Below are positions 25,032-36,235 of a DNA stretch of 64,000 nucleotides, in pieces. The translations under genes were made by a program, and so were the position numbers. The stretch covers positions 10,354,001 through 10,418,000 of the forward strand of contig NC_043016.1 of NCBI RefSeq assembly GCF_006345805.1, read 5' to 3'. Each line of letters begins with the position of its first letter. Position 1 is the first letter of the stretch. Origin of the DNA: Octopus sinensis. Taxonomy: Eukaryota. The notes beneath the pieces were generated by a model. That model searched no databases and had not been told where the DNA came from. It saw only the letters and a program-made list of their open reading frames with translations.

Positions 25032-25489
25032 TGATGGTGATGGTGATTATAATCTTTCTACTGTTGACACACTTGAGACTAAGAGAGACGGGTCTTAGAC
25101 AGTTACATTGACCTTAGCGCTCATCTGGTACTTAATTTATCAATCTGAAAAAGATGAAAGCCAGTCTCCTTCAGTGGAATTTGAATTCAGAATGAAAAGA
25201 CAGCTGAAATGCTGCTAATCATTTTGTTCAGCATGCTAACAAAAGTGCCTGTTCACCGTCTTAATAATAACAATAATAATAATGATAGTTATATTAATGA
25301 TTTCATTTATTTTCCTTCAAGGGCGAAGGATGAGGGAAGCAATACAAAGACCAGCATAAATTGTGCGGGGTTTCCATGATGATGATGATGATGATGATTT
25401 TAAATTTTGGCATAAGACCAGCAAATTCTTGGAAGGGAATAAAGTCAGTTACATTGACCTCGTTGCTCAACTGGTACTTATTTTTATTG

Positions 25490-26837
25490 AAGGCGGCGAG
25501 CTGGCAGAAACGTTAGCACGCTGGGCAAAATGCGTAGTCGTATTTCGTCTGCCGTTACGTTCTGAGTTCAAATTCCGCTGAGGTCGACTTTGCCTTTCAT
25601 CCTTTCAGGGGTCGATAAATTAAGTACCAGTAACACACTGGGGTCGATGTAATTTACTTAATCTGTTTGTCTGTCCTTGTTTGTCCCCTCTGTGTTTAGC
25701 CCCTTGTGGGTAGTAAAGAAATAGGTATTTCGTCTGCCGTTACGTTCTGAGTTCAAATTCCGCTGAGGTCGACTTTGCCTTTCATCCTTTCGGGGGTCGA
25801 TAAATTAAGTACCAGTAACGCACTGGGGTCGATGTAATTTACTTAATCTGTTTGTCTGTCCTTGTTTGTCCCCTCTGTGTTTAGCCCCTTGTGGGTAGTA
25901 AAGAAATAGGTATTTCGTCTGCCGTTACGTTCTGAGTTCAAATTCCGCTGAGGTCGACTTTGCCTTTCATCCTTTCGGGGGTCGATAAATTAAGTACCAG
26001 TTACGCACTGGGGTCGATGTAATCGACTTAATCCGTTTGGCTGTCCTTGTTTGTCCCCTCTGTGTTTAGCCCTTTGTGGGTAGTAAAGAAATAGGTATTT
26101 CGTCTGCCGTTACGTTCTGAGTTCAAATTCCGCCGACGTCAACTTTGCCTTTCATCCTTTCGGGGGTCGATAAATTAAGTACCAGTTACGCACTGGGGTC
26201 GATGTAATCGACTTAATCCGTTTGGCTGTCCTTGTTTGTCCCCTCTGTGTTTAGCCCTTTGTGGGTAGTAAAGAAATAGGTATTTCGTCTGCCGTTACGT
26301 TCTGAGTTCAAATTCCGCCGAGGTCGACTTCGCCTTTCATCCTTTCGGGATCGATAAATTAAGTACCAGTTACGCACTGGGGTCGATGTAATCGACTTAA
26401 TCCGTTTGTCTGTCCTTGTTTGTCCCCACTGTGTGTAGCCCTTTGTGGGTAGTAAAGAAATAGGTATTTCGTCTGCCGTTACGTTCTGAGTTCAAATTCC
26501 GCCGAGGTCGACTTTGCCTTTCATCCTTTCGGGGGTCGATAAATTAAGTACCAGTTACGCACTGGGGTCGATGTAATTGACTTAATCTGTTTGTCTGTCC
26601 TTGTTTGTCCCCTCTGTGCTTAGCCCTTTGTGGGTAGTAAAAAATAGGTATTTCGTCTGCCGTTACGTTCTGAGTTCAAATTCCGCCGAGGTCGACTTCG
26701 CCTTTCATCCTTTCGGGGGTCGATAAATTAAGTACCAGTTACGCACTGGGGTCGATGTAATCGACTTAATCCGTTTGTCTGTCCTTGTTTGTCCTCTCTG
26801 TGTTTAGCCCCTTGTGGTAGTAAAGAAATAGGTATTT
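25490..26837 (+). repeat. One SINE B head followed by 7 tandem ~185-bp headless SINE B units
   Basis: gtatttcgtctgcc starts at 25540, 25725, 25910, 26095, 26280, 26464 and 26648, and the array ends in ggtattt at ~26837. The A-box head occurs only once, at 25490-25540. Confidence 0.95.
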
Positions 26838-26967
26838 ATTTTTATCAACTCCAAAAGGATGAAAGACAAATTCTGCCTTGGCGGAATTTGAACTCAGAAT
26901 GTAAAGACAGATGAAATTCCACTAAGTATTTTGGTCAGTATGTTAACAAAGGAGCCTACTCAATGCC

Positions 26968-27028
<61 letters not shown>

Positions 27029-27629
27029 TAATAAAATAATAATGATAATGGTAAAAAGAATAATACTTGTAGGCATGGCAATGCACACAGACAATTAAAC
27101 CTTGGACACTTGACATAACACATAAGACACCATAAAAATAATGGAACAATTCACATTGTCAGATGTGTCATGACCTGCAGACAGCAATTCTATCAATGAA
27201 AGAGACAGACAAAAACAATTATAGCACGACTTGATTCACAGACAGAAGTGAGAACGGTAGTGTAGTACGGTATGGATGAAACGGTGATTCCTTTTGTTAT
27301 TAAAAGTTCTGTAAGTGGTGAGAAAGATATAAATACGTAAAGAGTATGACTCTCAATAAAATAATTATTTATGGGAGAAAAATTTATGTCTTTAGGGGAA
27401 AATCCAATCAATGGATGGAGAAAGAAACGGAAAAAAAACAAACTAACTCGGGCTAAATTTATCTGTCAGTACGGGTATGGCCGAATGGTTAAGGAGCATG
27501 CTTCCAACCATGAGGATTTTTGTTCAATCCCATTGTGCAACAACCTGGACAAGAGTTTTTTTACCATAGTACCGGGTTAACCAAAACTTTTTGAGTAAAT
27601 TTGGCTCTGAAAAGAAGCTCAATGCAGTC

Positions 27630-27890
27630 GTTTATTCTTTTACATGTTTAACTCATTTGACTGCGGCCATGCTGGAGCACTGTCTTAAAGGGTTTTAGTC
27701 AAACAAATCAACTCTGGGATCTATTCTTTGTAAGCCTAGTACTTATTTTATTGGTCTCTTTTGCCAAGCCGCTAAGTTATGGGGATATAAGCACACCTGC
27801 ATTAGTTGTCAAGCAATAGTGAGAGGACAAACACAGACACAAAGACACACACATAAATACATACAAATATATATATATATATAATATATA
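27630..27890 (-). mobile_element. SINE family A, 3' half
   Basis: catttgactgcggccatgctggagcac...gttgtcaagcaatag...acaaacacagacac. Confidence 0.8.
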
Positions 27891-27894
27891 TATA

Positions 27895-28290
27895 TCATCA
27901 TCGTCGTTTAACGTCCGCTTTCCATGCTAGCATGGGTTGGACGGTTTGACTGATGTCTGGGAAGCCATGAGGCCGCACCAGGCTCCAATCATGATCTGGC
28001 AGAGTTTCTACAGCTGGATGCCCTTCCTAATGCCAACCACTTCGTGAATGTAGTGGGTGCTTTTTACATGCCACCGGCACAGGGGCCAGTCAGGCAGTAC
28101 TGGCAACGACCTCGCTTGAATCTTTTTACACATACCACTGGCACAGGTACCAGTAAGGTGACACTGGTAACGATCACGCTCGAATGGTGCTCTTTTACGT
28201 GCCACTGGCACAGAAGCCAGTTAGCCGCTCTGGTAATGATCACACTCGTATGGTGCTCTTTGCACCCCACTAGAACGGATGCCAACGATG
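27895..28290 (-). mobile_element. Family C repeat with several tandem 5' sub-repeats
   Basis: Family C tail plus repeated ggtgctcttttacgtgccac-type modules. Confidence 0.85.
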
Positions 28291-28765
28291 GACTTCTTTC
28301 AGCTTCCAGCTACCAAATCCATTCACAAAACTTTGGTTCGCATCAGGAAAGGAATTTAGCCATAAAAGAATACCTCAGTAACTCACTTGTCTAACCCATA
28401 CTGAAATAAATATAAAATTGTATGAATCAATAGCAGGTGAGATAACCACAATTATCATCCACTTGTCATACCTTTCATAATACGTTGTGGTCCTTTGGCC
28501 CTGGATGCAAGAGAGATTTGTGAAGATGTGTAACCCAGTGGTTAGGGTGTTGCACGACTGTGGTTTCTTTCCTGAAATTGCGGTTCAAATTCATGGACAG
28601 GATAGCGTGTGGTGTTTCTGAGAAAACCCCTTTATTTCATGTTGCTTTGCAATCACTTTGACATTTTTTAATGGAATATCAAATAAGGCACGAACTGAAA
28701 GACAATATGATTGTGACGGTGGAGATGCTGTCGTTGTTAGTGGTGTGGTGATGGTAATGATGAAA

Positions 28766-28994
28766 GGCGGTGAGCTGGCAGAAACGTTAGCACGCCGGGC
28801 GAAATGCGTAGCCGTATTTCATCTGCCGTTACGTTCTGAGTTCAAATTCCACCAAGGTCGACTTTGCCTTTCATCCTTTCGGGGTCGATTAAATAAGTAC
28901 CAGTTACGCTCTGGGGTCGATATAATCGTCTTAATCCGTTTGTCTTCTCCTTGTTTGTCCTCTCTGTGTTTAGCCCCTTGTGGGTAGTAAAGAA
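28766..28994 (+). mobile_element. Full-length SINE family B
   Basis: ggcggtgagctggcagaaacgttagcacgccgggcgaaatgcgtagccgtatttc...gagttcaaattcc...gtagtaaagaa. Confidence 0.92.
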
Positions 28995-29270
28995 GTAGAT
29001 GGTAATGATGATGGTAGTGTTGGCGGCGGTGGTGGTGAAAGCAATAATAAATGAATAACAACTACAACAACACAGTCATCATTAGCAACTACTTTTATAA
29101 TCATCATCATCATCATTGTCGTCTTCAACGAAGGCAATGCTATGATGATCAAAACAACAACAACAACAACACTATTTACAGAGAAATTAAAAGTCTCCAG
29201 TGCCCATTCATTTCTTCATTATCGTACTCAAGTGTGATTTTGAAAATATTTTTTACACTTTTATTAAATA

Positions 29271-29671
29271 CTAGCAGTATCGCCTGGCATTGCTCGGGTT
29301 TGTAAGGGAAATAACTATATAAGCATTTTTAGAGAGTTATAGCCAAAAAATAGCAAAAGAAATGCACTAAAAATGGAAAAAAATGATAGTAAATTTTTTT
29401 TTAAATCGTTGACTCATCGTAGACATTTTTAGAGAGTTACTTCCCTTATATAATAGCGAAAAAATGCATTCAAATGGTAAATTTTTCAAATGGTAAATTT
29501 TTTTAAAAATCGTAGACTCATCGTAGACGCGCGCTAATACCCAGAAGGGCTCGATATGAATCACGACTATAAGATACCCGGTTTTGGTTAAACTGCACCG
29601 CAAAATGTGGGAGTAGTTAGGAATCTAAATCGTAGGATACAGACACACAACTTCACTTTTATATATAAAGA
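29271..29671 (-). mobile_element. Non-autonomous Helitron, subfamily 2
   Basis: Reverse complement of 11438-11833; CTAG end at 29271 and TC start at 29671. Confidence 0.88.
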
Positions 29672-29869
29672 TTAGGAGAGAAAGAGAGAGAGAGTGAAAA
29701 AGAGTGAGAGAGTGAGAGAGAGAGTTTGTCTTTTGTATATTTTATTCTCGTTTTCCAAACATGAAGTAAAATTGGTTATTTATCTTCAGTTTGATTCACT
29801 GATGCAGACAGTTCAACGTACCTTGTCTAAATAGCGTAATGTATATACATGCATATAAAAACGTGTCTG

Positions 29870-29918
<49 letters not shown>

Positions 29919-30068
29919 GCAGTACTGCAACAGAGATTTTAAATAGATGACCATTTCTAAAAGAAGTTGATAATAAAATGTTTATGTTCTTCTATAAACA
30001 ACCTTTTACTTGAAAAACATACATACACACACACACATTTACACATATATATTATCATATGTGTAAAA

Positions 30069-30290
30069 GGCGGTGAGCTGGCAGAAACGTTAGCACGCCG
30101 GGCGAAATGCGTAGCTGTATTTCGTCTGCCGTTACGTTCTGAGTTCAAATTCCGCCGAGGTCGACTTTGCCTTTCATTCTTTCGGGGTCAATAAATTAAG
30201 TACTAGTTACGCACTGGGGTCGACGTAATCCGTTTGTCTGTCCTAATTTGTTCCCTCTGTGTGTAGCCCCTTGTGGGTAGTAAAGAAATA
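30069..30290 (+). mobile_element. SINE family B
   Basis: Colinear with 28766-28994, with a small internal deletion. Confidence 0.9.
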
Positions 30291-30347
30291 TATATATTAT
30301 CATCATCATCATTTAACATCAGTTTTCCATGCTAGCATGGGTTAGAT

Positions 30348-30605
30348 CAGACATTTCCAAACTTTTTACCCCCTCCCCCACATTGACACCCAGGCCACGT
30401 TCCTGGCACCACTACCCCAACTAACCATCACAAACGTAGACCTCTTTTTCTGAAGCAAATTCAAAGCAACTTGTATTTCACAAATAAGATTTAACCTAAT
30501 AAACCCATTATTTTGTTGTCTTTACATGAATCACTTCCCCCATTATCACCCCCACTTTTTTCGAGGCCCCTTGGAACTTTCCACCACCCACTTTGGGAAC
30601 CACTG
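30348..30605. mobile_element. hAT (Buster/Charlie-like) MITE with 8-bp TSD GGTTAGAT
   Basis: TSD at 30340-30347 and 30606-30613; termini cagacatttccaaac / tttgggaaccactg. Confidence 0.8.
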
Positions 30606-30635
30606 GGTTAGATGGTTTGAGTGGAACCATCTGAA

Positions 30636-30870
30636 GGCAGCGAGCTGGCAGAAACGTTAGCACGCCGGCGAAATACTTAGCGGTATTTCGTCTGCCGCTA
30701 CGTTCTGAGTTCAAACTCTGCCAAGGTCGACTTTGCCTTTCATCCTTTCGGGGTCGATAAATCAAGTACCAGTTATCCACTGGGGTCGATATAATCGACT
30801 TAATCCGTTTGTCTGTCCTTGTTTGTCCCCTCTGTGTTTAGCCCCCTTGTGGGTAGTAAAGAAATAGGTT
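30636..30870 (+). mobile_element. Full-length SINE family B
   Basis: ggcagcgagctggcagaaacgttag...gtagtaaagaaatagg. Confidence 0.92.
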
Positions 30871-31779
30871 TGACTGGAACTGGCCAGCTGCAGTGCTGTA
30901 CCAGGCCCCAGTGTGATTTTGGTTTGGTTTTTACAGCTGGATGCTTTTCCTAATGCCAACCACTCCAAGAGTTTAGTGGGTGCCTTTTACACGTCACTGG
31001 CATTGTCAATGACCATATTTTCACCTGGCTTGACATATCTTCTCAAGAACAGCGAATCACCAAAGGTCTTGACCAATTACCATCGCTTCTGTGAAACCCA
31101 ACATCCGAAGACCATGCTTCAAGACTTTGTCCCATGTCTTCTTGGGTCCACTTCTTCTGTAGGTTTCCTCCACATTTAGAAATTGGCATTTCTTTACACA
31201 GCTGTCAAACATCCCAAATATAACAGAACCAAATAATCATGAAATTTTGTTCTTAGAATATAATTTCCTTGGCAGATTTTCTTTTTTTAAATAATGGAAC
31301 TTGAAGTAGATAATGCTATAAATAATAGTATCTAAATTTTAGTTTTAAAAAATGCCTTTTGGATGGAAATAAAAACTTAGGATGAAAATAATTGCTTTTT
31401 AATTATTTTTTTTTCCTTTTGTTTGATACATAAATTGGATTTTTATTGAAAATCTTATTGATGTTGTTTTAGTTGTTGTTGTTGGGTATTAATTCAAACC
31501 TAATGGGAAGTAACATTATATGTAAAATTCTGGATACTAAATGGTTGTATATTCATCTCAATGTTTAACTCACACTTGAAGTGAAGCTTCATTATGAGTG
31601 AAGTTCTTATGTACTTTTCGGTATACGAAGCAATACTAATGAATTACATATAAGAACCTCCTATCATTTCTCACTAAAATATACTATATTCCTCACTCTT
31701 GCCCCATACAACCACCAACCATTCAGATACCAGTAAATATTCAATTATTGCTGCATTATAAATGTGTAGAAATGTGAGT

Positions 31780-32195
31780 GGAGGCGCAATGGCCCAGTGG
31801 TTAGGGCAGCAGACTCGCGGTCGTAGGATCGCGGTCGTAGGATCGCGGTCGTAGGATCGCGGTTTTGATTCCCAGACCGGGCATTGTGAGTGTTTATTGA
31901 GCGAAAACACCAAAAGCTCCACGCAGCTCCGGCAGGGGGTGGTGGTGATCCCCGCTGTACTCTTTCACCACAACTTTCTCTCCCTCTTACTTTCTGTTTC
32001 TGTTGTACCTGTATTTCAAAGGGCCGGCCTTGTCACTCTCTGTGTCACGCTGAATATCCCCGAGAACTACGTTAAGGGTACACGTGTCTGTGGAGTGCTC
32101 AGCCACTTATATGTTAATTTCACGAGCAGGCTGTTCCGTTGATTCGGATCAACCGGAACCCTCATCGTCGTAACCAACGGAGTGCTTCTATCCAT
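31780..32195 (+). mobile_element. tRNA-derived SINE with a triplicated 14-mer in its head
   Basis: ggaggcgcaatggcccagtggttagg A-box, (cgcggtcgtaggat)x3, gattcccagaccggg B-box region. Confidence 0.85.
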
Positions 32196-32441
32196 CCAGA
32201 AATGTGTAACATTATGAGATTGATAGCTGGTTGTTATGAATTAGCAGCTAAGAATTCAAAACGCCAAGTAATAAAAGTAATATTAAAAGACAGTGTGAAG
32301 GACCATTTAGAAAAATGGTCCTGTTTCCCTTGTTACCCCCACCACTAAAAAAAACATGTTTAATTTTTTTTTTTTTCCTTTGCCATTTAGTAAGCAGCAC
32401 CTTTCCTATGAACATTTGATTTTTCCACATATTCAACCCTC

Positions 32442-32477
<36 letters not shown>

Positions 32478-32619
32478 AGGTACGTTTTTATGCATGTATA
32501 TACATTACGCTATTTAGACAAGGTGTACTGAACTGCATGCATCATCGAATCTAATTGAAAATAAATAACCAATTTTCCTTCATGTTTAGAAGACCTGAAT
32601 AAAATGTACAAAAAGCAAT

Positions 32620-33155
32620 CTCCCTCTCTCTCTCTCTCTCTTTATCTATCCCTCTCTCTTTCTCTTTATTTCTCTCTCTCTTTTTATCTCTCCCTCTCTT
32701 TATCTCTCCCTCTCTCTTTCTCTTTATCTCTCTCTCTCTTTATTTCTCTCTTTATTTCCCCCCATCTTTATCTCTCCTTCTTTATTATCACTCCCTCTCT
32801 TTATTTCGCTCCCCCTCTTTCTCTTTATCTCTCACTCTCTTCATCTCTCCCTCTCTTTATCTCTCCTTCTTTATTATCACTCCCTCTCTTTATCTCTCTC
32901 TCTCTCTTTCTCTCTCACTCTCTTTGTCTCTCTATCTCTCCTCTTTATCTCTCTCTCTCCCTTTCTCTCTCTTCATCTCTCACTCTCTTTGTCTCTCTAT
33001 CTCTCTCTCTCACCCTTTCTCTCTCACTCTCTTTGTCTCTCTATCTCTCCTTCTCTTTATCTCTCTCTCTCCCTTTCTCTCTCTTCATCTCTCATTCTCT
33101 TTGTCTCTCTATCTCTTCCTCTCTTTATTTCTCTCTCTCTCCTCTCTCTCTCCTA
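32620..33155. repeat. (CT)n/(CTTTAT) pyrimidine-rich low-complexity tract
   Basis: Directly visible. Confidence 0.95.
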
Positions 33156-33554
33156 ATATTTAATCAAAATGTAGAAATATTTTCAAAATCACTTTTGAGT
33201 ACAAAAGAGAGGAAACGAATGGACACCACACTGGAGATTTCATTTCTCCTATAATGTCAATTTCAAACTTTGGCACAAGGCCAGCAATTTCAGGGTGGTT
33301 GGGTGGGGTTAAGTCGATTAGTTTTACTCCCCAGTACTCAACTGGCACTTCTTTTATCAACTCCAAAAGGATGGAAGGCAAAGTCAACCTTGCCAGAATT
33401 TGAACTCAGAACACGAAGACGGATTAAGTGCCGCTTAACTTTTTGCCTAGCATGCTAACAATTCTGCCACCCCGCCACCCTGGTTTTGTATCTTAGCACC
33501 CTGGAATAAACAAAATGCTGCTAAGCATTTCGCTTGTCATATTAACAATTCTTA

Positions 33555-33785
33555 CTTCTTTATTGCTCACAAGGGGCTACACACATAAGGGACAAACAAG
33601 GACAGACAAAGGAATTAAGTCGATTACATCGACCCCAGTGCGTAACTAGTACTTATTTAATCGACCCTGAAAGGATGAAAGGCAAAGTCGACCTTGGCGG
33701 AATTTGAACTCAGAACATAGCGGCAGACAAAATACCGCTAGGCATTTTGCCCGGCGTGCTAATGTTTCTGCCACCTCACCACCTT
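33555..33785 (-). mobile_element. SINE family B, flanked by older diverged B copies at ~33260-33470 and ~33820-34010
   Basis: cacaaggggctacacac...gtcgattacatcgaccccagtgcgtaac...gtcgaccttggcggaatttgaactcagaac. Confidence 0.88.
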
Positions 33786-34075
33786 AGTGTTAACAATTCT
33801 TCCATCTTGCCACCCTGGTTTTGTATTTTAGCACAAAGTCAGAAATTTTGGGGAAGTGGGTAAGTCATATAGATTGACCCCCAGGATTCAACTGGTACTT
33901 TTAATTTTTCAACCCCGAAATAAAAGTAAAGTTGACCTCAGCAATAATTGAACAAAAGAATGTAAGATAGAATGAAACGCTATTAAGTATTTTTCCCAGT
34001 AAACAAAGACTTTGATCAACTCGTTACCTTAATTTCTCCATAGAGGAAGTTATTCTCAGGTAGGATGCATGACAC

Positions 34076-34296
34076 TATGAGGTGGTGCTGAAATGTTCTT
34101 GGTTTTAGATAAGAGAAAATAGAGGAGGATCAATTAATTATGATTTTATTCAACATCTTCCCCCCTCAGATTCACACACTTATTGCAGTGGTCCTTCAGT
34201 TTTTCTAAGCCCTGGAAAAGAACTCAGAAGGATGGGCCTTTAACCAGGCATTTCACGACACCCTTAAAGCCAAGAACTTTTCAGCGCCCCCTCATA
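34076..34296. mobile_element. mariner-type MITE, copy 1
   Basis: TA-tgaggtggtgctgaaatgttcttggtttt ... aaagccaagaacttttcagcgccccctca-TA. Confidence 0.8.
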
Positions 34297-34315
34297 TATA
34301 TATTTTATATATACA

Positions 34316-34525
34316 TATGAGGGATGCAGGAAAGTTCCTGTCTTTGGGTAAAAGAAAATACAGGAGGACCAGTTAATTATGATTTTATCCAACATCTTCC
34401 CCTCTCGGATACACACACTTAATGCAGGGGTCATTCAGTTTTTCTAAGCCTTTTAAAACAACTTGGAAGGTTAGGTGTCCAACTAAACCTTTCATGATAC
34501 CCTTAAATCCAGGAACTTTTCATCA
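34316..34525. mobile_element. mariner-type MITE, copy 2
   Basis: Colinear with 34076-34296; right TIR degraded. Confidence 0.75.
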
Positions 34526-34699
34526 CAATGAGGAGTAGATAAACAACCGACAACTGATGAAGGGTTGTTCTTTGTGTTACTTGTCCTATTTTTCAATTTC
34601 TTTTTCTCTTGTTTGCATATTTATCTCGCTTGTTTTCATACTTTGTGTTGTTTACAGTGGTGATGTCCTGGGTCAAATATGCATATATATATATATATA

Positions 34700-34870
34700 T
34701 GCACGTGCCGATGGCATGAAAAAAGCACCCACTACACTCTTGGAGTGCTTGGCATTAGGAAACTTTGCCAGATCAGACTGGAGCGTGGTACAGCCTTCTG
34801 GTTTGCCAGCCCTCAGTCAAACCGTCAAACCCATGCCAGCATGAGTTAAACAACGACGACGTCGACGATG
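34700..34870 (+). mobile_element. Family C repeat
   Basis: aaaagcacccactacactcttggagtg...aacccatgccagcatg...gttaaacaacgacg. Confidence 0.8.
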
Positions 34871-34893
34871 ATTATGATGATATATATATATCT

Positions 34894-35110
34894 GCGAGCT
34901 GGCAGAAACGTTAGCACGCTGGGCGAAATGCGTAGCTGTATTTCGTCTGTCGTCACGTTCCGAGTTCAAATTCCGCCGAGGTCGACTTTGCCTTTCATCC
35001 TTTCGGGGTCGATAAATAAAGTACCAGTTACACACTGGGGTCGATATAATCCACTTAATCCGTTTGTCTGTCCTTGTTTGTCCCGTCTGTGTTTGTGGGT
35101 GGTAAAGAAA
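34894..35110 (+). mobile_element. SINE family B
   Basis: gcgagctggcagaaacgttagcacgctgggcgaaatgcg...ggtaaagaaa. Confidence 0.88.
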
Positions 35111-35152
35111 TATATATATATATATGTGTATATATATATATATATCCATCCA

Positions 35153-35370
35153 TCTGAGGTGCTGAAAAGTTCCTATCTTTGGGTAAAAGAAAATACAGAA
35201 GGATTAGCTAATTATGATTTTATTCAACATATTAGCCTCTCAGAGTCACACACTAATTGCAGTGGTCCTTCAGTTTTTCTAAGCCCTGTAAAAGAGCTTG
35301 GAACATTGGGCCTCCAGCCAGGCCTTTCACGAAACCCTTAAAACCAGGAACTTTTCAGCTCCCCCTTGTA
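35153..35370. mobile_element. mariner-type MITE, copy 3
   Basis: gaggtgctgaaaagttcc ... ggaacttttcagctcccccttgta. Confidence 0.78.
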
Positions 35371-35904
35371 AAGAGTAAAACTCCAATTAATGGCATCCAG
35401 TAACATGCAGTACACACACACACACACACACACACAGAGGATGGGCTTTTTTAGTTTCTGTCTGCCAAATCCACTCACAAGGTCTAGCTTGACTGATTAT
35501 AGTAGGAAATACTTGTCCAAGCTGCCATGCAGTGGGACTGAACCTGGATCCATGTGATCAGGAAGTTAACATCTTACCACAGAGCCATGCCACTTTGGAG
35601 TTCAAAGAAATTTATTTGGCAAGTTGGTCTATCAGGAATGGAATCATACAGTGAAAAAAAGAAAATGTACTTACTAATTCTTTATACTTTTTCCTCCTAT
35701 ATTTCATAACTACTCCACTTTCTTTAAAGGTATTTTCATACAACAATTATGTATGATTAATAATTAATTTCTCGCTATTTAAAATACTAGGCAGATTTAA
35801 TGAATTACCAAGCAGCTCTAATTAACCTCCATTAATTATGACAGAAAGCTAATTGAAAAAAAATTAAGCAGTAACAGAGAATTATTAGCATGAACCAAAT
35901 CGTT

Positions 35905-36235
35905 GACTCTTATTATTATCATTTGTCTGACTTTTGCTTTGTATTTGTACAAGTCGACTCCAAGTCTCATCCAGAGACCTCAAGAGACAACAAGTTAGAA
36001 GTTCAAGTTGGTATTCTGCCTAGGGTGTCATCTATTTGATTTTGTATGTAGTATTGTTCTAGAGAACAATTATTACTATTATTATTATTATTATTATTAT
36101 ATGTTTGACTTTTGCTTTGTATTTGTACAAGTTGAATCCAAGTCTCAGAGATCTCAAGGAACAAGTTAGAAGTTTGTGTTGGTGTTATGCCTAGGGTGTC
36201 ATATATTTGGTTTTGTACATAGTATTGTTCTAGAG
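35905..36235 (-). repeat. Two tandem ~160-bp copies of an element end separated and flanked by (TTA)n
   Basis: tttgacttttgctttgtatttgtacaagt...cctagggtgtcat...gtattgttctagag occurs twice (~35925-36065 and ~36100-36235). Confidence 0.85.

Larger units (their letters stand above)
30300..31190 (-). mobile_element. RTE LINE 3' fragment (ORF end plus family C tail) split by two later insertions
   Basis: Minus strand ~31170-31040 reads VEETYRRSGPKKTWDKVLKHGLRMLGFTEAMVIGQDLW*FAVLEKICQAR, then family C 3' UTR pieces at 30870-31010, 30614-30630 and 30300-30347. Confidence 0.75.

Noticed and set aside
25490-26837. CRISPR-like array
   Set aside because: Units are contiguous 185-bp SINE bodies with no unique spacers; the context is eukaryotic and there are no cas genes.
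34545-34600. CTGATGAAGGG as another hammerhead
   Set aside because: The core and extra A are present, but I cannot find a closing stem II strand and GAAA in this copy.
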